Positions 56,095-64,000 of a DNA stretch of 64,000 bases are shown one piece after another. The stretch spans positions 195,499 through 259,498 of the forward strand of contig CBDFIB010000004.1 of NCBI GenBank assembly GCA_965247925.1, given 5' to 3'. How positions within the stretch are numbered: position 1 is the stretch's first letter; every line of letters starts with the position of its first letter. Below the pieces are notes generated by a model. That model did no database searches and was not told the origin of the DNA. It worked only from the letters and a program-made list of their open reading frames with translations. Both the position numbers and the translations under genes were made by a program. This DNA comes from Dehalococcoidia bacterium (GTDB lineage Bacteria > Chloroflexota > Dehalococcoidia > UBA2979).

Positions 56095-57738
56095 ATGCCG
56101 AAGTACATCTTCGTCACGGGCGGCGTCGTGAGTTCCGTCGGCAAAGGGATCGTCACCGCCTCGCTCGGCCGGATCCTGCGCGCCCGAGGGCTGCGCGTCT
56201 CCGTCCTCAAACTCGACCCCTACATCAACGTCGACCCCGGCACGATGTCGCCCTACCAGCACGGCGAGGTCTACGTCACCGACGACGGCGCCGAGACCGA
56301 CCTGGACCTCGGGCACTACGAGCGCTTCCTCGACGAGAACTTCACCCAGGCCAACTCCACCTCCTCCGGCCAGATCTACGAGGAGGTGATCCGCAAGGAG
56401 CGGAAGGGCGACTTCCTCGGCGGCACCATCCAGCAGATCCCGCACGTCACGAACGAGATCCGCCGCCGCATCCGCGAGGCGGGAAGCGCGCTCGACGCCG
56501 AGGTCGTGATCGTCGAGGTCGGCGGCACGATCGGTGACATCGAGAGCCAGCCGTTCATCGAGGCGATCGGCCAGATGCGACACACGCTCGGCGTGGACGC
56601 GACGGCCTCGATCCACGTCACGCTGTTGCCCTACATCGGCTCGACGCGCGAGCTGAAGACCAAGCCGACGCAGCACTCCGTACGCGAGCTGCGCTCGTTC
56701 GGCATCCAGCCGGACGTGATCATCGCGCGGGCCGATCAGCCGGCGCCGGAGGCGCTGCGCGAGAAGATCAGCCTCTTCTGCAACGTCGAGCGCGAGGCGG
56801 TGATCCCGCTCCAGACCGCCGACTCGATCTACGAGATCCCGTTGGTCCTTGAGGCCTGCGGGCTGGCCGACCTGGTGCTGAAGCGCATCGGCATCGAGAC
56901 CGGACCGGCCGATCTCGACGACTGGCGCGACTTCGTCGAGCGGCTGCGGCACCCGGACTCGGAAGTGCGCATCGCCGTGGTCGGCAAGTACGTGGAGCTG
57001 CACGACGCCTATCTCTCGATTCGCGAGGCGCTAATCCACGCCGCCGTCTTCCATCGCGCGCGCCCGCAGTTCCACTGGGTGCATTCGGAGGAGCTCGACA
57101 CGCGGGCGCCCGAGGACGCGATCGGCGATGTCGACGGCATCCTCGTCTGCCCGGGCTTCGGGGACCGCGGGCTGGAGGGCAAGATCGCCGCGGCGAAGTA
57201 CGCGCGTGAGCGGCGCATCCCCTTCTTCGGCGTATGCCTGGGGCTGCAGATGATGGTCTGCGAGTTCGCCCGCAACGTGGCGGGGATGCCGGAAGCGCAC
57301 ACCACGGAGGTCGATCCGCGCACGCCGTTCCCTGTGATCTCGCTGCTCTCAGAGCAGCGCGGCATCAAGGACTACGGCGGAACGATGCGCCTCGGCGGCT
57401 TCGACTGCCGGTTGGCGGAGGGCACACACGCCGCCGCCGCCTACGGGCAGGAGCGGGTGCGAGAGCGGCACCGCCACCGCTACGAGGTCAACAACAAGCT
57501 GCTGCCGGTGCTGGAGCAGCACGGCCTGATCGCATCGGGCTGCTCGCCGGACGGCGAGCTGGTCGAGATCATGGAACTGCGCGACCATCCCTGGATGCTG
57601 GGGACGCAGTTCCACCCGGAGTTCACCTCCCGGCCGCTACGGCCGCAGCCGCTCTTCCGCGACTTCGTGGGGGCGGCGTTGCAGTACCGGGACGGCGCCG
57701 CGCAGGCCGCGGGTTCGCAGGCGGCGTCCCTGCACTGA
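56095..57738 (+). CDS. pyrG: CTP synthase
   Basis: MPKYIFVTGGVVSSVGKG..., GATase with GVCLGLQ catalytic Cys. Start at ATG 56095. Confidence 0.9.
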   Translation: MPKYIFVTGGVVSSVGKGIVTASLGRILRARGLRVSVLKLDPYINVDPGTMSPYQHGEVYVTDDGAETDLDLGHYERFLDENFTQANSTSSGQIYEEVIRKERKGDFLGGTIQQIPHVTNEIRRRIREAGSALDAEVVIVEVGGTIGDIESQPFIEAIGQMRHTLGVDATASIHVTLLPYIGSTRELKTKPTQHSVRELRSFGIQPDVIIARADQPAPEALREKISLFCNVEREAVIPLQTADSIYEIPLVLEACGLADLVLKRIGIETGPADLDDWRDFVERLRHPDSEVRIAVVGKYVELHDAYLSIREALIHAAVFHRARPQFHWVHSEELDTRAPEDAIGDVDGILVCPGFGDRGLEGKIAAAKYARERRIPFFGVCLGLQMMVCEFARNVAGMPEAHTTEVDPRTPFPVISLLSEQRGIKDYGGTMRLGGFDCRLAEGTHAAAAYGQERVRERHRHRYEVNNKLLPVLEQHGLIASGCSPDGELVEIMELRDHPWMLGTQFHPEFTSRPLRPQPLFRDFVGAALQYRDGAAQAAGSQAASLH

Positions 57739-57768
57739 GACGGGCGCGTCCGGAGCCGGGAGCCGGCC

Positions 57769-58236
57769 ATGACCTTCTTCCGCTTGCTGCACGTGCTGGC
57801 GCTGTTCTGGATGATGGCCGGCCTCGGCTCGGTGATGGTCGCCGTCTGGCGCGCCTGGTCCACCTCCGACATCGACCTGCGCGCGATGCTGCTGACCGAG
57901 GCGCAGCAGAACGAGACGCGCTGGCTCCTCTCCGGCATGTTGGCGACGGGGCTGACGGGATTCGCCTGGGCAGCCTCGGAGAACACGAACCTCGTGACCA
58001 CCGGCTGGTTGCTGGCGCTGGAGTTCGTCTACGCGGTCGACGTATTCATCTTCCTGCCGCTGCTCGGCGTGGGGCTGCGGCGCGTGCGGCTGCTGGCGTT
58101 GCAGGCGAAGAAGCGCGGGGAGACCACCCAGGAACTGGAGGACGCGATCAACGATCGCGTTCCGGTGGTGTTCGGCACGCTGATGGTGGTCACCATGCCG
58201 GTGATGACCTGGCTCGCGATCTACAAGCCGTTCTAG
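57769..58236 (+). CDS. Hypothetical membrane protein (4 TM)
   Basis: 155 aa with hydrophobic helices. Confidence 0.5.
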   Translation: MTFFRLLHVLALFWMMAGLGSVMVAVWRAWSTSDIDLRAMLLTEAQQNETRWLLSGMLATGLTGFAWAASENTNLVTTGWLLALEFVYAVDVFIFLPLLGVGLRRVRLLALQAKKRGETTQELEDAINDRVPVVFGTLMVVTMPVMTWLAIYKPF

Positions 58237-58249
58237 GCAAGCACGCGGC

Positions 58250-60007
58250 TCAGCGCGGACGGTCGCCGAGCGCCTCGATCCACTCGCCGCTGCTGCCGGA
58301 CAGGTCGCCCGCCTCGACGTCGACCAGCGCCTCGCCGATCTGCCGCCGGATGGAGGGGGCATCGAGCCCGAGCACGCGCAGAACGTGGGCAGACATCTCG
58401 GCGCCGCTCCCGACTTCCTCGCAGACGACCTGGTCGGCGCCGAGGGCGAGCAGGCCCGCGCGCTCGGCAACGTAGCGCGTGCGCACGAGCAGCGGGATCT
58501 CCGGGGATGCCTTGCGCGCGGCGACGATGGCGCCCCGCGCCGCGGACGGGTCGTTGATCAGCAGCACGAGTGCGCGCGCGTGGGCGATGCGCGCGTGCGC
58601 CAGCGCCTCCGGGCTGGTGACGTCGCCGTAATAGACGTGCTCGTGCTCGCCACGCGCGGCGCGAACGGTCTCCGCGTTGAGCTCGAGCACGAGGTACGGG
58701 ATGCCTGCCCGCGCCAGCGAGCGGACAAGCATCCGCCCGGCGACGCCGAGGCCAGCAACGACGACGTGCCCGGCCAGCGCGGCGTCCTCGGGTGTTGGCT
58801 CGCCGATGCCGCGTGCGCGGAGGAGCCGCTCGAGCGGCCGCAGCAGCGTCTCGCCGGCGCGCATCTCACTTGCCCAGCGCATCAGGAGGCGGGACACGAT
58901 GATGCTGACCACGCCGGTGGTGACTATCAGGCGCACCTCGGAAGATCCGATGAGACCCTCGTTCGCGCCGAGGATCAGGACCACGTATCCGAACTCGCCG
59001 AACTGGGAGAGGTAGATGCCGGCGCGCCACGCCGCGCGAGCCGGATAGCGCATCGCCAGCGCGGCCAGCGAGGAGATCAGGGCCTTGCCGGGGACGAGGC
59101 CGAGCACGATCAGCGCGGCGAGCAGCGGCTCCTGAACGAACACCCGCCAGTCGACGAGCATCCCGAGCGAGATGAAGAAGAAGCTGGTGAAGGCATCGCG
59201 CAGCGGGATGATGTCGCTGGTTGCGCGGTGCCGGTAGTCGGTGTCGGCGAGCAGCAGACCGGCGAGGAAGGCGCCCAGCGCAACCGAGAGCCCGAGGAGA
59301 TTCATCAGCCAGGCGGAGCCGAGGGCGACCGAGATCACCATCAGCAGGAACACCTCGCGCGTCCGCGTGGCGTCGACGGCTCCGAACACTCGCGGCACCA
59401 CGAAGCGGGCGACCAGGACCATGGCCGCGATCGCGAGCGTAGCGCGCGCCAGCGCCCATCCCGCCTCGAGCACGAAGCCTCCGCCGCCTCCGTCGGCCAG
59501 CACCGGGACGAGGAGCGTCAGCGGGACGATCAGCAGATCCTGGAAGATGAGGGCGCCGATGGTGAAGCGGCCGTGTGGGGCAGCCAGTTCGCCTCGCACC
59601 GACAGCACCCGCAGGACGACGACGGTGCTCGACAGGGCCACGACGAATCCGAAGACGAGCGCCCGCTCAACGCTGTCGCCGGCGATGACAAGGATCGCGA
59701 CTGCCGCCGCCGTCGTAACGCCCACCTGCAGCGAACCGCCGAGCGCCACCGTTCGCCAGATGAAGCGCAGACGCGAGAGCGAGAACTCAAGCCCGATCGC
59801 GAAGAGCAGGAGGATCACACCGACCTCGGCGATCTGCGTGATCTGCTCGGTGTCGTCGATCAGGTGCAGGCCGTGTGGGCCGGCGACGCTGCCGGTGATC
59901 AGGAAGCCGATAGTCGCCGGCATACCGAGCCGGTGCAGGCCCAGCGCGGTCGCCACGGCGAGCAGGCCGATCACCGCCAGGTCGCCGACCAGTGCGTGCT
60001 CTTGCAT
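58250..60007 (-). CDS. kefB: CPA2-family monovalent cation:proton antiporter with C-terminal RCK/TrkA-N domain (KefB/KefC-like)
   Basis: Na_H_Exchanger TM domain plus VVVAGLGVAGRML Rossmann RCK domain. Confidence 0.85.
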   Translation of the reverse strand: MQEHALVGDLAVIGLLAVATALGLHRLGMPATIGFLITGSVAGPHGLHLIDDTEQITQIAEVGVILLLFAIGLEFSLSRLRFIWRTVALGGSLQVGVTTAAAVAILVIAGDSVERALVFGFVVALSSTVVVLRVLSVRGELAAPHGRFTIGALIFQDLLIVPLTLLVPVLADGGGGGFVLEAGWALARATLAIAAMVLVARFVVPRVFGAVDATRTREVFLLMVISVALGSAWLMNLLGLSVALGAFLAGLLLADTDYRHRATSDIIPLRDAFTSFFFISLGMLVDWRVFVQEPLLAALIVLGLVPGKALISSLAALAMRYPARAAWRAGIYLSQFGEFGYVVLILGANEGLIGSSEVRLIVTTGVVSIIVSRLLMRWASEMRAGETLLRPLERLLRARGIGEPTPEDAALAGHVVVAGLGVAGRMLVRSLARAGIPYLVLELNAETVRAARGEHEHVYYGDVTSPEALAHARIAHARALVLLINDPSAARGAIVAARKASPEIPLLVRTRYVAERAGLLALGADQVVCEEVGSGAEMSAHVLRVLGLDAPSIRRQIGEALVDVEAGDLSGSSGEWIEALGDRPR

Positions 60008-60615
60008 CGTGCGACCTCCGGCCAGGCGCCGCGCAGGTATCAGGCTACGTCGTGCGCCGCACGCTGTGCAGCTTCAGCGTCGGCAGCACGCGGGGTACGG
60101 GGTTCGGCGTCTGTGCGGGCGGCGGGCTGTGATTGGATGCGATGGCGCCGGCGGTCGTTCCTCCCGGTCCTTGCTCGCCCCCGATCCAAATCATAAGTAG
60201 GTGTCACTGAGGGGCTCATTCCAGAATCAGAACCCGTGTCCCCAAGATCTCCTCTCTCCCTTCGGCTCTTTCCCGCTCCATCGCCCTTCCTCGGCGAGGC
60301 TTGGTGCGTGTCCGCCGACGGGCACTGCGTCCAGCCAGCCCCGCCATGGCCGTTCTGTTCCATCCGTAGGGGCGAGTGGCTCGATGGTCTCCTCACACCG
60401 CTCTGACCGCTGGAGGGGCGTTCGCGGCACGCACGCCGCGTCCAGGGTGCCGGGCAGTCGGTGGAGCGGCGGAGGGCGTTCGGCAACGAGGCCGCGCCAG
60501 TGCCAGCGCGGGAACCCGTCAAGCGCCCTCGTGCGGGTAGGAGCCGCGAACGCTCGTCCCGCCGCGGCCGGCCGGAGACCCCGGCTGTCTCCGGTCACGA
60601 CGCGACCGTGACGAG

Positions 60616-61380
60616 TCACACCGTGTTGATGTAGTAGGCGAAGTGCTCGAGGGCGCGCTGGCGTTCATCGATGCGTCGCTGGAGCTCCGCCGGGTTGAGC
60701 ACCTTGGCGATGGAGGCCAGGTCCCTCTCCGTTTTGGCGTCGAGCTCCCCGGTGGCGAGCACCCGCTCATACGGTCTCTGCGGCTCGTCGTACGTGTGGA
60801 CTACCTTCGCACCCGCGCGCTTCGACCCAGTGACCTTGGCCAGCCCGTTGAAGAAGTTGTGGAAGTCAGTCATCGGCTTGTAGAAGGCAACCATGGCTTG
60901 ACGGGCGCGGGTACCGCTGTAGCGGGCGTCCCCGAGCCGCTTGCGAACGACCGTCCAGTTGCGCTGCTCCACGAAAGCTTGGTCGTTGGAGCGCCCCGGC
61001 CTTCCCCGCGTCGTTTCGATGCCGAGTTGCTCCAGCTCATCAAGAACCCGGTAGTTGAGAAACTCACTGCCGTTGTCTGAGTGAATGCTCCGGATCGGGA
61101 ACGGAAACCGCTTGATCCCGCGTGTCAGGGCGGCCACGACCTCCTGCTGTCGGAGCCGCAGCAACACCTCCACGACCGTCCAGCCGGTCCTGACGTCGAT
61201 CATCACGAGGGAGGAGAGGTGCGGACCCTTCGGCGAGCCACCGGCATGCATCACGCCGTCAATCTGGAGCGAACCGACGGAAACGTCGGCCCATTCCCCG
61301 AACGTACGGATCGGCCCCTGTGCAAGGGGCCACCCGGTGCGGTAGAATGCAGAGCGTCCACTTGTCCCCGGTTTCGGAAG
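60616..61380 (-). mobile_element. N-terminally truncated DDE transposase (rve / integrase-core, IS481/IS3-like) remnant
   Basis: Catalytic-domain motifs: LQIDGVMHAGG (D), HSDNGSEFLNY (D), AFVEQRNWTV (E), plus the C-terminal region. The upstream part of the track ORF (61380-61791) is antisense to rho and is Ser/Arg/Phe repeat junk, so the HTH region is missing. Confidence 0.65.
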
Positions 61381-61408
61381 CCGTCGAACAGGACGGCATA
61401 TAACGCGC

Positions 61409-62926
<1,518 letters not shown>

Positions 62927-63014
62927 CAACGGACGACCGCAGCAGACCGTTGGCGCCCTCGATCGTGCCTCGCCCGGAGGGCGGCTGGCGCCGCGCGTGC
63001 TAGCATTCCGCCTT

Positions 63015-63046
63015 CCGGCCGGGTAGATAGCCCGGCCGGATGGTTG
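63015..63046 (+). terminator. Putative rho-gene terminator (CCGGCCGGG-tagatag-CCCGGCCGG + AUGGUUGCGUGUU)
   Basis: Perfect 9-bp stem, U-rich tail. Confidence 0.5.
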
Positions 63047-63047
63047 C

Positions 63048-64000
63048 GTGTTCCCTCGAAGCGGCGGCGGGCGCCAGAGGGGGGCCAGTATCAGCATCAT
63101 CGATCCGGTCCTCCCCCGGGCGCGCCCGACGCGTGGCCGCGGGCTGCTGCTATCGCAGCGGCGACAGCTTGAAGCTCACACAGCGCCATGGCTTCCGGCG
63201 GCTGCGCCCGGCGTGTATGCCGCCGTCGTGGCGCTCGTGCTCCTGCTCGTGCTGGTGGCGGGGTTCTTCCCGCTGACCATCAGTGCGACGCAGCCCGGCC
63301 CGCTGTTGAGGGCCTCGCAGATCTCGCTGCCGGGCACGGCCGGCGCCGCGAGTTGGGCGCAACCAGCGGCGCCATCAGCATCGCTGCGGCGACCCATCGA
63401 GGCGCCGCTGATCAACCCGCCGCTGATCAACCCGCCGCTCTTGAACCCGCAATCGGACAGTCAGGGGCAATCCCGGTCGGCGTCGGGCGCGGTTCTGACG
63501 GGCATCACGTCCGATGTCGACCTCGAGAAGACCGTTTCCCGGGAGCCGGAGCCCGCGCCGCGTCCGCTGTTCTTTCGCTACGAGGTGCAGCCGGGCGATA
63601 CGGTCAGCGGCATCGCGGACCGCTTCGGCATGTCCTCCAGCTACATCCGCTGGAACAACGGCATCATCGACGACGCCCATGTACTGAGAGTCGGGGAGCA
63701 GATCCAGGTGCCGAGCGAGCCCGGGATCATCCACCTCGTGCGTGCCGGCGAGACGCTCTATGAGATCGCCCTGCGATACAAGGCCACCGTTGCGGAGATC
63801 ATCAGCACGAACGGCCTCAGGGCAGATGGCTTCATCCGCGCGGGCGCGACGATCTTCGTGCCGGGCGGGCGCTACGGCTTCGCCTGGCCGACCCGCGACA
63901 GGATCACGTCCTACTTCGGCCCGAGCCATCCGCTGGGGATCGATATCAGGGCGGATGTGGGGACGCCGATCAGATCGACGGGCGATGGCATCGTGACCTT
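63048..64000 (+). CDS. LysM-LysM-M23 peptidoglycan peptidase with N-terminal signal anchor; 3'-truncated by window edge; start unresolved
   Basis: Frame-0 manual translation: ...AAAPGVYAAVVALVLLLVLVAGFF (TM). PLINPPLINPPLLNP repeats. Two LysM-like segments (YEVQPGDTVSGIADRFG; HLVRAGETLYEIALRYK). M23 start (FGPSHPLGIDIRADVGTPIRSTGDG). In-frame TAG at 63024; candidate starts GTG 63048 or CTG 63144. Confidence 0.75.
   Translation, partial: MFPRSGGGRQRGASISIIDPVLPRARPTRGRGLLLSQRRQLEAHTAPWLPAAAPGVYAAVVALVLLLVLVAGFFPLTISATQPGPLLRASQISLPGTAGAASWAQPAAPSASLRRPIEAPLINPPLINPPLLNPQSDSQGQSRSASGAVLTGITSDVDLEKTVSREPEPAPRPLFFRYEVQPGDTVSGIADRFGMSSSYIRWNNGIIDDAHVLRVGEQIQVPSEPGIIHLVRAGETLYEIALRYKATVAEIISTNGLRADGFIRAGATIFVPGGRYGFAWPTRDRITSYFGPSHPLGIDIRADVGTPIRSTGDGIVT

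Noticed and set aside
60040-60620. tRNA gene as IS insertion target, or any tRNA elsewhere in intergenic regions.
   Set aside because: No cloverleaf-compatible sequence (T-loop GGTTCGAxTCC, CCA end) was recognised by eye. tRNAscan would be needed to be sure.

Overview
This is a very GC-rich window (roughly 70% by eye, not computed) that reads as bacterial chromosome with typical Terrabacteria content: MurT/GatD, Lgt, an Eis-like GNAT, CoaBC/CoaX and a CysO-type sulfur-carrier pathway. The ORF track only uses ATG/GTG starts and drops ORFs that run off the window edge. I therefore re-derived several starts (TTG for purF and the CoA-binding gene; probable CTG for coaX, an MR-family enzyme and the LysM-M23 gene) and recovered two edge-truncated genes by hand (purM at the 5' end, a LysM-M23 peptidase at the 3' end). 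Many long ORFs in the track are antisense artefacts of GC-rich DNA.

Housekeeping genes present: purM, purF, folK, folP, ychF, tsaA, gyrB, nadD, obg, coaBC, coaX, dnaA, pepA, rpsO, pnp, dapB, asd, dapA, mug, purA, pyrG, kefB-like and rho.

The most interesting loci are:
- 6.4-12.1 kb: a same-strand sulfur-carrier supercluster, Rrf2(CymR-like)-cysK-[ubiquitin-like/MoeB E1 fusion with internal Gly-Gly]-cysO-cysM-rhodanese-hypothetical-Mec(JAMM).
- 16.5-18.3 kb: a translationally coupled triad of a zinc-ribbon ThrC-family PLP enzyme, a NIL-domain protein and a second MoaD/CysO-like GG-terminal carrier. This resembles protein-thiocarboxylate-dependent homocysteine/methionine synthesis rather than canonical threonine synthesis.
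- 13.2-15.45 kb: an amidase gene flanked by ~350-bp direct repeats (~90% identical) that carry reciprocal fragments of the two neighbouring mandelate-racemase-family genes.
- 42.8-43.2 kb: the PNPase C-terminus runs into a 24/27-nt GC-rich tandem repeat encoding (GGGGRGGP)n, but two indels (a 5-nt 'gtccc' duplication and a -1 shift) put it out of frame.
- 60.0-61.4 kb: an rve-type IS transposase remnant and an AT-richer non-coding patch abut the start of rho, which itself has an N-terminal ENRDG-repeat extension.
- dnaA is present without dnaN downstream.
- Several toxin-antitoxin-like pairs: HicAB-like, MerR-HTH + PIN-like, and a coupled small-ORF pair in a lower-GC islet.
- A perfect 21-bp palindrome sits in an unusually long intergenic region upstream of obg.

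No rRNA, tRNA or CRISPR array was recognised.
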